IMG/VR virus record: IMGVR_UViG_3300027874_000010
Location: 1 to 64,000 of that record
Origin: a virus
Taxonomy: Duplodnaviria > Caudoviricetes
DNA: 64,000 nt
Reading direction: 5' to 3' (one strand)
Shown here: positions 25,499 to 36,300 of the stretch, in pieces
Position numbering within the stretch: position 1 is the first letter of the stretch
Layout: each line of letters opens with the position of its first letter
Translations under genes and position numbers: made by a program
Notes under the pieces: model-generated
Database searches by the model: none
Told to the model about the DNA's origin: nothing
Seen by the model: the letters and a program-made list of their open reading frames with translations, nothing else

Positions 25499-28400
25499 CA
25501 GCTTGGCTCCTCGCCTCGATTCGGGTTGCCCCACGTCACCTTGCCAGATGCACCCGCGCTGGTCCTAGAGCCGTAGGGCGAGCCACTGGTTGCCCTGCGC
25601 CGTCCGCCCGCCGAGGTGCGCCCGTTGCTGCCGCCCACTGAGGTCCGCGACGGACCGGTGTGGATGATCTGACCGTCACCGGTCGTGCCCTCGAAGCGGT
25701 TGATGTGCAGGGTCGCATCCAGCGTGGCCTGCCCAACGGATGACCCGAACAGCATCTTGAAGATGGCGATCTCGCATTCGAGGGCGACCGAGGTGAGCAC
25801 GCCCGATGGCGGCAGGTAGACCAGCAGCCCGGCCGCGAAGCTCGACTGCGCGACGGTGACCACCGTCAGGCCGATACGCAGCGGACTCAGGCTCGAAGAC
25901 GCCTGGGCGACCAGCGGCGGCGGCTGGATGTACTGATAACGGGTTATCGCTGCCGTGCTGCCCGAGGCCGTCAGCACCGTCGCCTGGACGAAGACCGTCA
26001 GCCCCGCTTGAGTGCCGCCCTGAGCCGCGCCCGAGGCCCCCAGGCCGATGGCGAGCACCGCGTCGAGGGTGACGTGGGTGGTGACGATGCCCGCGAACTC
26101 GGTGCCCGCCTGGACGAACGTCACACCCGAGGTCTGCGCCTGGGCGATGGTGACGACACTCAGGCCGAAGTTGACCGGCGGCGCGCTCAGGCTGGCCTGG
26201 GCGATGACCGTGCCCGAGAGCACCGCGCGCTGGCCGGTCTGCGCGCTCGACGCGGCCTGGGCGACGGACTGGCCCGCCAGCAGCAGGACGAAGGGGACGT
26301 TCTGGACCAGCGCCTGACCCTGGACGCTGCCCGCAACCAGCGTGTTGAGCAGTGCGTCGAACTGCGACTGGGCGCGGATCGGGAGTGGCACCAGCGTGGC
26401 ACCGAAGGCGCACGCTGAGATCGCCTGCGAGACAACCTGGCCGCTGAGCGCCACGCGCACCGTCAGCGCCGTGACGCTCGTGCTCGCCTGCGGCAGGACG
26501 CTGCCAGCCATGAAGTAGGTGATGAACGGGTTGGGGACGAAGACCGTCGCCTGGGCCGCGCTCGCGCCGACGAGTGGGGAGGCAGGCACCAGCGAGCACG
26601 AGGTGCTGGCCTGGGCGACGGTCAGCCCGGCGAGGCCGTACGTAGCGGGCAGTTGTCCCGTGGCCTGGGCCTGGGCGACCACAGATCCCTGCAGCGCCAG
26701 GGCGACCTGGGCCGTGGCCGTGGCCTGGGCGACCACGACGGCCGAGCCGATCAGCGGCGAGTAGATCGCGGAGAGTGTGGCCTGCGTCGTGATCTGGCCG
26801 GTCAGAAGCTCGGTGGCCGGGCCGAAGACCAGCGCCTGGGCCGTGACGGTGCCCGCCAGCCCGATGGTGAGCGTGCCGGTGCCCGTCGAGAGCGCAACGG
26901 ACTGGCTCGCCAGGAGCACCGTGGGTGCACCAAGCACTTCATCCAGCGCCGCCTGGGTGACGATGGCGACCGGTGCCAGGACCAGTTTGAGCGCCGCCGT
27001 GGTGTTGGTCGTGGTGAGGACCGCACCCGCCATCTGGACGCCGGTGCCGAAGGCTCCCGTCGAGATGGCCTGGGCGACGACGGCCTGCGAGCCGAGGGCG
27101 ACCTTGAGGCCAGGGATTGGCCCGACTTCATCCAGTGCCGCCTGGGTCGCGATGGTGCCCGCCAGGGCGTTGGCTTGGCTCAGCGCCGCAGTGCTTACTG
27201 CCTGGGTCGCGGCATTGCCAGCCAGCCCCAGGACCAGCGTGTTGGTACTCAGCACCTGGGTGACCGTCGCGCCCTGGAGCTTCGCCGTCAGCGTGGCTGT
27301 GGACTGCGCCTGGGTGACCGTCGCACCCGTAACCAGCATGCCGATGATGAGTTGCGCCGAGGTGCTCGACGCCTGTGCGGTGGTGACCTGGGGCGGGAAG
27401 GCGACGGTGATGATCGCGCTGGTCGATGCCTGCGCTGTGCCGATGCCGGTCAGGTTCGACATCGCACCGACGAAGACGGCCTGGGCGACGATGGTCTGGT
27501 TGCCGAGCGACAGCTTCAGCCCTGGGGTTGCGCCGATCTCATCCAGCGCAGCCTGGGTGGTGACCGTGCCCGTCAGGATGTTGACCTGGCTGAGCGCGCC
27601 AGCCAGCGTGACCTGGGTGACCGTCGCCGCTGGCAGGAAGACGGTTGGCGCGCTCGTACTGAGCGCCTGGGTCGCCGTCAGCCCCTGCAGCTTGAGGGTC
27701 GGCGCGGCTCCGATCTCGTCCAGTGCGGCCTGCCCGAAGAAGCTCGCCTGGAGCGCCTGGACCTGAACCATCACCGCGCTGGTGCTGGCCTGGGTGACGG
27801 TCGGTCCTGCCAGCAAGATCCTGGGCGCGCCGGTCGCGACGGCCTGGGTGACGATGCCCGGGGTACTCAGCCACTCGGTGAGCGGACCGCTGACGATGGC
27901 CTGGGCGATGACCGATCCCTGAACCAGCAGCGTCGGCGCAGCCAGGATCTCGTCCAGGCCGGCCTGGGTCGCGATGGTGCCCGCCAGCGCCTGCTTCGCC
28001 GTGAGCGTGCCGCTCAGCGTTGCCTGGCCGATGGAGTTGCCGCCGAACGCTGGCGCGACCTCGCGCGGCGCGCCCAGGACGATGCGCCCGAGCAGCGTCA
28101 TCGGCGTGCCCAGGACCGCCGTGTCGCGCAGCGCGATGCCGAGGCGCGTCGGCACACGAAGGTTGGCCGAGGTAACTGCCTGGGTCGCCACGACCTGGGT
28201 GCCGAGCGCGAAGCGCGGGCTGGCGGTGCTGACGGCCTGGGCGACGGGCGAGGCCGTCAGCATCTCCCACATCGGACCGATGACCGTGGCTTGCGCGACA
28301 GAGGTGCCCGCCAAACCAGCGGTCAGCGTAGTGAGCACCGGTGCGCCCTGGCTGACCGTCGCGCCCGCCAGTGCGAAGGCTTGGCTCAAGGTTGCGGACG

Positions 28401-31400
28401 AGACGGCCTGGGTCGCCGTCACCACCGCCGGTAGTGCCTGGGTGAAGGTGACGCTGCCGCTAGAGACGGCCTGGGTCGCGATGACCTGGGCACCGAGCGA
28501 GATTCGCAGCGTGGCCGTGCTGATCGCCTGGGCGACGAACGCGCCCATCATGCTGCCGCCGCCTGCGGCGTAGTGCAGTGCGACCTGGGTGGGCGACAGC
28601 GCCACGTTGTAGTAGGCGAACTGGGCGAGCTTCCCGGTGAAGTTGCCGCCACCGCCGCCGTTGCGCCAACCGAAGTTGTTGGTGATGTTCGTCAGCAGCG
28701 CGTAGCCGCTCAGGTCAATCGTGCCGACCTGGGCACCGTTGACGTAGGCGATGCCCGTGTTGACATCGCGCACGACCACGATGTGGTTCCACTGGTTCTG
28801 CTTGATGACACCCGTCGTGGACTGGATGGCGTGGTTGCCGCCGCTGCTATCGACGTAGTTGGCGTACAGCGCGGTTGGCGTGTCGTACTGCCAGACGTGG
28901 AAACCCTGGGTGGCGGTGCCGTTGCTGTAGTCGATAATCGGCTCGGTGTTGGCCGTTGTCGGGTAGATCCACATTTCCCAGGTGAACGGGTTGCTAATCA
29001 GATCCAGCAGTGAGAACGGCGCGGCGCTGTCCAGCGTGGCGTTGGTCGTGCCATCGAGCGAATAGGCGTAGCTCGGAACGTCAGTTGACAGACCGGGCTG
29101 CATGACGTTGACGCCTGTCGGATTGGCCCGCATGGTCAGGCCGTGACCGCTCTCATCGAAGGCGTTGGCATCGCCCGCCTCGTGCATCCGCCAGTAGCCT
29201 TGAAGCCCCGTCGTAGCCTCGATGGACGAGCCGAGCGAGTCGCGTGCCTTGATGCCCTTGTAGTAGTGGTCCTGAGCGACGGCCAGGGTCATGACGTTGG
29301 TGTAGATCGCCATCTCGTCAACGTTGCCCGCAAGGAGCGCGTTCGTGTACGAGTTCTTGCCGACGTAGGTGTTCCCGTATGCGTCAGCAAAGTTGTAGAA
29401 CGTCCCCTTGCTGCCCGCCTGGGCCTCGATAGCCCCATTGACCATGACCGTCAGCGTGCCGCCACCGGAGGGCGACCAACTCGCCACGATGTGGTGCCAC
29501 TGGCCGGTGGACAGCGGTCGCCAGGTCGTGATGTTCTGCCAGGTGCCGTTGCCGCTCGTGTCGATAAACCAGTTCAGCGTGCCATTTGTGGCCGCGACCT
29601 CCAGCGAGAAGCCGCCCTTGTTGGTGTTGTCGTAGTAGCGGCGCTGAAAGATGGGCGCGCCAACAGTCCACGACGTGGCCCTTAGCCACGTCTCGATGGT
29701 GAAGCCGGTTGTGGTCCAGGGCGTCGAGTAGTCGCTCGAATAGATGTAGTTGACCGAGCCGTCGAGCGTTGCCGACTTGCCAATGCCATCGCTCAGCGCT
29801 GATGTGCCGCGCGGCTGCAGCGCACCCTGGAGGGCGAGGTTGGCGTTGAGCGCGGAGTCCCAACACGTCGTGCCGGCCGCCTCATCGAAGCGCCAGTAGT
29901 ACTTGAGCGAGCCACCGAAGTTACTCAGGATCGTCGTGCTGTACTCGTTGTTCGCTATTGCCGAGGAGGTCGAAGCCTGAGCCTTCGCGATGCCACTCGA
30001 TCCTGTCCACGTGATCGGGAGCCAGGTGTTGAGCGAGCTATAGAGGGCTTTGCCCGGCGAGGTGACGGCCTGGTAACAGCCCTCGACAATGTTCACCAGC
30101 AGGGCGGTGACCGCGAACGGATCGGCAACGGCGGTTCCGAGGGGGGTCCACTGGGCATTCAGCGGACCCCACGCCTGGAAGATGGTGTACCCGGTGTCGT
30201 AGTACGAGAAGTAGACCTTGCCAGCAGATTCGGTGATGCGCAGCCACAGGTTGTGGAGGCTCGTATTCGCGACCGTGCCGAGGGTGGTGAGCGTGCCCGC
30301 CACATTGGTGCGCGCAACCACATTCAGATCGACCATCCCGATTTCGAGGTAGTTGTTGCTGTCGATCTGAAGCTGAATCGTGGCGGTCTGGCCGGCCTTC
30401 CACGTTGAGGACAGTTGCAGGTAGACGAACATGGATTTGTTCGTCAGGTCGTAGCTAGATTTTGAAAGCACCCCGCCATAGGTGCTTGCTCCTGGCCCGG
30501 CGTTGTTGACAGCCAGCGTGTAGGGGAAGGCCCACGGGTAGCCGGAGTAGCCAGAGTCGTTCTCGATTGCGGCTCCCGTGCCCCAGAAGCCCCACAACGT
30601 CGTATTCAGCGCTGGAGCGTTGAAGTAGTCGCTGATGGGGATGGTTGCCCCCATCGCAACCTGCCCCGAGCCGATCAGGAAGTGGTTGGTAATCTGTGAT
30701 TTGGTGAGCGCGGTGTTGTACCAGGCAACTTCGTCAACACCGCCGCCGCCACCGATTGAGTAGTTGGTCGTTGGTGATGTCGGATAGCTGTTGCCAAGGA
30801 CGAGGTTGGCCCCACCACTGGATCCGGGTCCGGCGAAGCTACCGCCAGTGACAGGGGACGAGCCTTGCAGAATAGAGTCGATGTAGATGGCAGCATTGGC
30901 TCCGTCGTACGTCAGGGCAACGTGGTGCCACACGTCCTTCGTGACGGTGTAGTTGACGCCACCGACCCAAACGCTGCCGCCGGTGCCATAGAACAAGCAA
31001 TCGAGTTGCGTGCTGTTGCCTGGGCCGAAGTAGTAGCCAGCACTGCCATTGGTGGTGTCAAAAAACTGGCCGTACGCAACTGTTTGCGTTGAGGACCACT
31101 TGAACCAGCACTCCATCGTGAACGGATTGGTGCCACCAGTGCCGACATCGACACTGGTGCCAGAGATCCTGTCGGTGGTCTGCTGTGTGGTCCATGTCGC
31201 GCCGATGTTGCCCAGTAACGAGCTTGTCGCAGCGCCCTGGACGAGCGAGCCGCTGCTCGTCGCCATCAGGTCGTCGGTGCCTTTGTAGTCGTAGACCCGG
31301 CCGCTGCTCTCGTCCAACCGCCAGTAGTGCCTGAGCGACGACTCGGCGGCGATCATCGTGCCGTACGGATCGGTGGGAGCCGGTGGAGTTGGCCGGATGA

Positions 31401-32619
31401 ACGGAAACGCGATCCACGGGAAGATGTACTGGGTGGTTGTCGCGTTGGTGGCGTAGTTGACCGTGAAACCTGTGGCAGTCATCGAGCCGTGGTCGAGCAA
31501 CACCTCGGTCGTGCCTGCCGCCGACACAGACGCTGGCAGGTTGCGCTGCAGCAGCAAGTCGGCTGCACCGCCACCAGTAATGCTGTGCCGCGACTGGGTG
31601 CTGAGGACGCCGTTCTTGTTCTCCCAACAGCCCTGGTTCCAGTTGGTCCCGTCCGAGGCACCGATGGCCGAGCGCCAGCCGGTGGACTGCGCCGTGCTGC
31701 TGGTAGCCGAGTTGGTGAACAGCATGTACGCGCTCGGCTGGAAGCCACAGGTGACCGTCTCGGAGGTAGCCGTCGTGTTGGCGGCTTTGGTGATCGCGCC
31801 CACGGCGAAGCTCGCCGCAGCGCCACCGAGCGCCAGGTAACGCGCACTCACGGCCGTCGCGCTTGCCGTCGTCCAGTTCAGCGTGAAGCCGTTGGCGTCC
31901 ATGCTGGTCAGGTCCGCCGCCATCATGGTTGTCGTCGCGCCGCTGGCAGTCAGCAGGTTGATGCACTTGGTCGTGTCCTGAATACGCGAGGCAAGCGCGG
32001 TGCTCGACATCGTTGCGCCGCCTGTGGCCGACTGACTGAACGCCCACCGCGCGGTTGTTGACGCCGCTGCTCCATAGCCAACACCGTTGTTGCCATTGGT
32101 CGTCGTAGAGCCGAGGAGCGCAAACAGCAACAGCTTCGGCTGGAAGCCCGTACCCGTGTACGCCTGGGTGCCGGTGCTGGTCTTGGGCGTGAACGCCGCA
32201 CTGAAGACACTGAGATCTGTACCGCCAAGCGCCAGGTAGTGCCCGGTGTAAGACCCGCCGCCACCGACAGTCCAGTTGATCGTGAAGCCGTTGGTGTCGA
32301 GCGAGACGAGCGTGCCTTGCAGGGCATACCCGAGAGCAGCATTGAAGATCGTGCCGCTATTGGTCAGGTAGGCGTTGGAGGTACTACCGTTGGTGGAGGA
32401 AGCGTTGTTGCCCATGCCCCCACCGAAGACACCTTGCTGGCCGGCTCCTGTTCCTACGGTCCACCCGAAGCCGAAGACTGCGTTCGCCTGGTCACCTGTG
32501 CCAGCCGGATCGGAGGCGTTGAACCAGATGATGACCTTGGGCGTGAAGCCACAGGTGTACGAGACGTTGCCGTTCGCCGCTGGTGCGCTGTACGTGCCCT
32601 GGTAGGCGAAGAAGGTCAG
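25498..32619 (-). CDS. giant virion surface protein: N-terminal beta repeats, LamG/ConA domains, long Ala/Thr/Gln repeat region (probable CTG start)
   Basis: YWRLDESSG/YWRFDE/YWRMHE, FTxExW, WHHV; frame open 68 codons upstream of the annotated ATG to CTG with GAGGA SD. Confidence 0.8.
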   Translation of the reverse strand: MTFFAYQGTYSAPAANGNVSYTCGFTPKVIIWFNASDPAGTGDQANAVFGFGWTVGTGAGQQGVFGGGMGNNASSTNGSTSNAYLTNSGTIFNAALGYALQGTLVSLDTNGFTINWTVGGGGSYTGHYLALGGTDLSVFSAAFTPKTSTGTQAYTGTGFQPKLLLFALLGSTTTNGNNGVGYGAAASTTARWAFSQSATGGATMSSTALASRIQDTTKCINLLTASGATTTMMAADLTSMDANGFTLNWTTASATAVSARYLALGGAAASFAVGAITKAANTTATSETVTCGFQPSAYMLFTNSATSSTAQSTGWRSAIGASDGTNWNQGCWENKNGVLSTQSRHSITGGGAADLLLQRNLPASVSAAGTTEVLLDHGSMTATGFTVNYATNATTTQYIFPWIAFPFIRPTPPAPTDPYGTMIAAESSLRHYWRLDESSGRVYDYKGTDDLMATSSGSLVQGAATSSLLGNIGATWTTQQTTDRISGTSVDVGTGGTNPFTMECWFKWSSTQTVAYGQFFDTTNGSAGYYFGPGNSTQLDCLFYGTGGSVWVGGVNYTVTKDVWHHVALTYDGANAAIYIDSILQGSSPVTGGSFAGPGSSGGANLVLGNSYPTSPTTNYSIGGGGGVDEVAWYNTALTKSQITNHFLIGSGQVAMGATIPISDYFNAPALNTTLWGFWGTGAAIENDSGYSGYPWAFPYTLAVNNAGPGASTYGGVLSKSSYDLTNKSMFVYLQLSSTWKAGQTATIQLQIDSNNYLEIGMVDLNVVARTNVAGTLTTLGTVANTSLHNLWLRITESAGKVYFSYYDTGYTIFQAWGPLNAQWTPLGTAVADPFAVTALLVNIVEGCYQAVTSPGKALYSSLNTWLPITWTGSSGIAKAQASTSSAIANNEYSTTILSNFGGSLKYYWRFDEAAGTTCWDSALNANLALQGALQPRGTSALSDGIGKSATLDGSVNYIYSSDYSTPWTTTGFTIETWLRATSWTVGAPIFQRRYYDNTNKGGFSLEVAATNGTLNWFIDTSGNGTWQNITTWRPLSTGQWHHIVASWSPSGGGTLTVMVNGAIEAQAGSKGTFYNFADAYGNTYVGKNSYTNALLAGNVDEMAIYTNVMTLAVAQDHYYKGIKARDSLGSSIEATTGLQGYWRMHEAGDANAFDESGHGLTMRANPTGVNVMQPGLSTDVPSYAYSLDGTTNATLDSAAPFSLLDLISNPFTWEMWIYPTTANTEPIIDYSNGTATQGFHVWQYDTPTALYANYVDSSGGNHAIQSTTGVIKQNQWNHIVVVRDVNTGIAYVNGAQVGTIDLSGYALLTNITNNFGWRNGGGGGNFTGKLAQFAYYNVALSPTQVALHYAAGGGSMMGAFVAQAISTATLRISLGAQVIATQAVSSGSVTFTQALPAVVTATQAVSSATLSQAFALAGATVSQGAPVLTTLTAGLAGTSVAQATVIGPMWEMLTASPVAQAVSTASPRFALGTQVVATQAVTSANLRVPTRLGIALRDTAVLGTPMTLLGRIVLGAPREVAPAFGGNSIGQATLSGTLTAKQALAGTIATQAGLDEILAAPTLLVQGSVIAQAIVSGPLTEWLSTPGIVTQAVATGAPRILLAGPTVTQASTSAVMVQVQALQASFFGQAALDEIGAAPTLKLQGLTATQALSTSAPTVFLPAATVTQVTLAGALSQVNILTGTVTTQAALDEIGATPGLKLSLGNQTIVAQAVFVGAMSNLTGIGTAQASTSAIITVAFPPQVTTAQASSTSAQLIIGMLVTGATVTQAQSTATLTAKLQGATVTQVLSTNTLVLGLAGNAATQAVSTAALSQANALAGTIATQAALDEVGPIPGLKVALGSQAVVAQAISTGAFGTGVQMAGAVLTTTNTTAALKLVLAPVAIVTQAALDEVLGAPTVLLASQSVALSTGTGTLTIGLAGTVTAQALVFGPATELLTGQITTQATLSAIYSPLIGSAVVVAQATATAQVALALQGSVVAQAQATGQLPATYGLAGLTVAQASTSCSLVPASPLVGASAAQATVFVPNPFITYFMAGSVLPQASTSVTALTVRVALSGQVVSQAISACAFGATLVPLPIRAQSQFDALLNTLVAGSVQGQALVQNVPFVLLLAGQSVAQAASSAQTGQRAVLSGTVIAQASLSAPPVNFGLSVVTIAQAQTSGVTFVQAGTEFAGIVTTHVTLDAVLAIGLGASGAAQGGTQAGLTVFVQATVLTASGSTAAITRYQYIQPPPLVAQASSSLSPLRIGLTVVTVAQSSFAAGLLVYLPPSGVLTSVALECEIAIFKMLFGSSVGQATLDATLHINRFEGTTGDGQIIHTGPSRTSVGGSNGRTSAGGRRRATSGSPYGSRTSAGASGKVTWGNPNRGEEPS
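25934..25949. repeat. 16-bp palindrome copy 4
   Basis: TGATAACGGGTTATCG. Confidence 0.85.
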
Positions 32620-32972
32620 GGTGCGATCCTCAGCGTCTGTGCTCTAGCCGCCAGATCCCAAAACGCGGTGCCTGTCGCCTCCAGCATCCACGCCCCCGTC
32701 TTGAGCGCGCCTGCACTCAGGTCGGCTGGTACGTCGGCGGCTGCGCCCGCGCCAGGACCGTCAGCGCCGAGCCAGTAGTAGTCCTGGCCGTAGAACTGCT
32801 CGACGTAGTTCTCGGTGACCCACTCCGTCTCGATCCAGATCGGGTACGTCTCGGCCAGGTAGAAGGTGACGAACTGCACGTCCTGGCTCGGCAAGTCGGC
32901 CCACTCGCCCTCTCTGCTGGTCTTGACCAGGCCGTTGCCGTACCAGATGCGGAAGCCAACGTAGTCGGGCAT
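32616..32972 (-). CDS. hypothetical structural-block protein
   Basis: FRIWYGNG...WADLPSQDVQFV. Confidence 0.65.
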   Translation of the reverse strand: MPDYVGFRIWYGNGLVKTSREGEWADLPSQDVQFVTFYLAETYPIWIETEWVTENYVEQFYGQDYYWLGADGPGAGAAADVPADLSAGALKTGAWMLEATGTAFWDLAARAQTLRIAP

Positions 32973-32974
32973 AG

Positions 32975-32990
32975 CGATAACCGGTTATCA
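32975..32990. repeat. 16-bp palindrome copy 5
   Basis: CGATAACCGGTTATCA filling an intergenic gap. Confidence 0.9.
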
Positions 32991-33386
32991 GACCGGCTGC
33001 GGCGGCGGCGCGGGTGCCTGGACCTGGCTCTCGTCCACCACTGGTCCCGCCGGCGACATGGGTGTGACGACGGTGCCCTGGTCCAGGCCAAGCGCCGAGA
33101 CGACTGCGGCTTGCTGCTCGGGTGTGCCGTAGGCGTACGCCGTCGCAATGTCAATGGTCGGCACCGGCGTGGTCGCCAAGTTGAAGCTCCGCACGTAGGT
33201 GTCGAGGATCTCGTTGTTGCGGTCCTGCAGCCACTTGGCAGGGTCGTTGCCCTCGCCCGCGACCCACAGCAGCGCCTGGTTCTGCACGTCGGTCGCCTCG
33301 ATGGTGTACGTGCCTGCGGCCAGCGGCGGGATGTACGGCGGCGGGGCGACGATGGTCGTACCAGGGGTCGGTGGTTGGTCAGTCAT
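32988..33386 (-). CDS. hypothetical (tail fibre-associated)
   Basis: ATGA-coupled to tail fibre gene. Confidence 0.6.
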   Translation of the reverse strand: MTDQPPTPGTTIVAPPPYIPPLAAGTYTIEATDVQNQALLWVAGEGNDPAKWLQDRNNEILDTYVRSFNLATTPVPTIDIATAYAYGTPEQQAAVVSALGLDQGTVVTPMSPAGPVVDESQVQAPAPPPQPV

Positions 33387-36300
33387 GCAGCCCTCCCGTC
33401 GAGCGCGTCCACGCGGCCGGCAAGCTCTTTGATCGCCTCGACCACGATGGGGATGAGTTCGGTGTACGCGATGCCCTCGATCTTGCCTTCTGCACTGCGG
33501 CGCACCACGTCGGGCAATATGGCATCCAGATCCTCCGCGATGAAGCCGTGGTGCGCCTGCGCCGGGTCGTGGACGTAGTTGAAGCGCTGGCCGTCCATGC
33601 GGCGCACCGTCGCCAGGGCGTTGCTCAGCGGGGTCAGGTTGGTCTTCACATCCCGCGTCGAGCCGACCGCCCACGCCTGGTTGACGTAGGGATAGCCGTC
33701 ACCCCGAAGGTAGAAGATGTTGATCGAAGCCGCTCGGTTGTAGACCACCATCGCGATGTCACCGGACCCAGTGCCAGCCTGGACTTGCAGTCCGTACGAA
33801 CCCGACCCGTTGTAACCAACGAGCAGCGTGCTGTACGAGCCAGTCGCCCCGTAAACATTGAAGACGTTGCCCGCCGAAACGGTCTGTTGGGTATTGACCG
33901 TAATCTGACCACCAGAAGCAATGGTGAGCCACTGGTTGGTAGCCGTAAACCCGTTGTTGCCCGCGTGCAGCGCGAGCGTGCCCGCCGACTTGATGCGCTG
34001 TGTGCCCTGCGCCGAATCCGACCACATCTCGAACTGGGGTGTGCCGTTGTTGGCCTGGATGAAGTAACCGCCCAGGTCACCCGCCGAGTTGCCGCCCGTG
34101 CGAACGAGTACGTTGAGGTGCGAGCCTGACGACTGCGCGGCGATGAGCACGTCGGCAACGCAATAGATGCCGTAGTTGCTCGATGACGCGCCGCTCTGCG
34201 CCGCGATGTAGATCCCGAAGGCGCTCGTGATGCCCGCCGCACCCTGGTTGGCGATATACAGGCCGTACTGGGTCGTGAGCGATGAGCCAGCCCCGAGCGA
34301 CGGGCCATACGCCAGGAACGTGTAGCCCGTGCCGACCGTGTAGCTTGCCGCCGCCGTGGTCATCACGGCGCTCACCCCGATGATGCCGCTCGTGCCCGCC
34401 GAGGTGCCGTTCACGACGACCTGAACGCCGAACTGGTTGAGGCCACCCAATGCGGTCGGGTTGACGTATAGCGAGGACTGGTTAGGGCTTGGATTTGCGG
34501 CTCCAATGCTGATGTTGCCCTGGTTGTTGACCTGCATCCGAACGGTGTTGCCCTGGTAGAAGTCCAGGCCGTTCTGGTTGCCGCCGCTCGTGCGCTTGGA
34601 GCCGAGGCCCTCGCCACCACCCGCGAAGTGCAGCCACGGCTGGTTGACCGTGCCGTCGCCCAGGCCGTTCCTATCAACGTTGACGCTGCCACCTCGGTAG
34701 TCGCCGTCCGTGACGAAGTACTGGCCCTGCATCCAGCCACCGGTCTGGAAGTTGCCGTTGGTGCTGAAGCCGCCCGCCGAGACGTTGCCCGCGTACCACG
34801 CGGCTCCGTTGACGCGCAGCGCGTACGCCGGGTCGGTACCGCCCATGATCCCGGTGCGATCCAGGCTGTTGTTGGCCGCGCCCGTGGTGCCCTGGACGAT
34901 GCTCATGCCAGAAGCCATCACCAACTGGTTGCTGATGGGTGCGGTGCCCATCCCGACAGCGGTGCTCAGTTGCGTCGAGCCGGCGTTATACAGGCTGATG
35001 TTGGTGCTCGACGCGCCCGAGGTGTTCTCCAGATACAGGCCGTAGGCGTTGGCGATCCCCGACACGCCCTGGTTACGGACATACACGCCGTACTGCGTCG
35101 TGATGGCACTGCCTGACCCCAGGACGGGAGTCTGCACCCACAGCGCGTACCCCGATGTGACCGTGAATCCAGCGGCCTGGGTGATGACGGAGCAGGCGAT
35201 GGCTGCAGCAGTCGCTGTCGTCTGCGAGTTGAACGTCGGGTTGACCCAAAACCCGTAGCCGTTTGGACTAGTAGAGATGAGCAGGGTGCTGCTCATCCGG
35301 AATCCCACCGAGGGATTCGGCACCGTACCCATCCCGATGCCACGGTCGAAGCGGGCTTGACCCAGGCACCACAACCCGACGTTGTTGGTCGATCCTGTCT
35401 GGTCCGCGATGTAGACGCCGTAGGACGTGCCAACACCCGAGACGGTCTGGTTGTTGACGTAGATCCCGTACATCGTCGTGACCGTGGCCCCGCTCTGCAC
35501 CAGCGCAGCCTGGATCTGAAGGCCGTAACCGCTGGTCATCGTGAAAACTTGTGCGGCGGTCTGGAAGCCGACCGAGATCGACGCGCCCGAGACGGTTGCG
35601 GACGAGTTGAAATTGGTCGTGACAGCCAGACCGCTCTGTTGAGTGCCCGTGAGCGTGGAGCCGCCCTGGAGCCAGACCATCGTGGTGCTTGATGGGCCTA
35701 TGCCGATGCCCAGGAACGAGTTAAGTTGGGTGGTGCCCGCGTTGTACAGCCCGACGTTCTGGCTCGATCCAGACTGAGCGTCGATGTACACGCCGTAAGC
35801 GTTGGTCGCCTGCCCGCCGCCCTGGTTGTTGACGTGCACGCCGATGGCGTTGGTGATGCTCGAACCCGATCCCCAGGACGGTCCGAGTGCCAGGAAGTCG
35901 GTGCTCTCGGCCTGGGTGAAGCTCGCCGGCTGCGTTGCTGACTGGGCCGCGACCGCCGCGCCCATGACCGTCGCCACACTGGAGGTGATCGCCGCGAACA
36001 GCGCGCCGTACTGGGTCGCACCCGCCAACTGGGTGGACGGCGTGAGCACGACCATGCCCGTGTTGCTCAGGACGGGCGCGCCCACGCCTAGCTGCCCCTG
36101 GACGGTCAGGTTGCCAGTAAGCGTGCCACCCGTCAGCGGCAGGAAGTTGCCTGCGCCCAGGTACGCTGCCAGCCCACCATTGGTGATAACCGCCGAGATG
36201 GTCGAGCCACTCGGCCATGCATAGGCCGTGGTGCTGCCGTTGTAGCTCTCGGCCCCGCGCACCACCGTCAGGGTCGCCGTGCCCTGCCCACCAGTGATCC

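Noticed and set aside
26653-28434. 593-aa Arg/Gly-rich plus-strand ORF
   Set aside because: Off-frame shadow of the repeat region of the giant LamG gene
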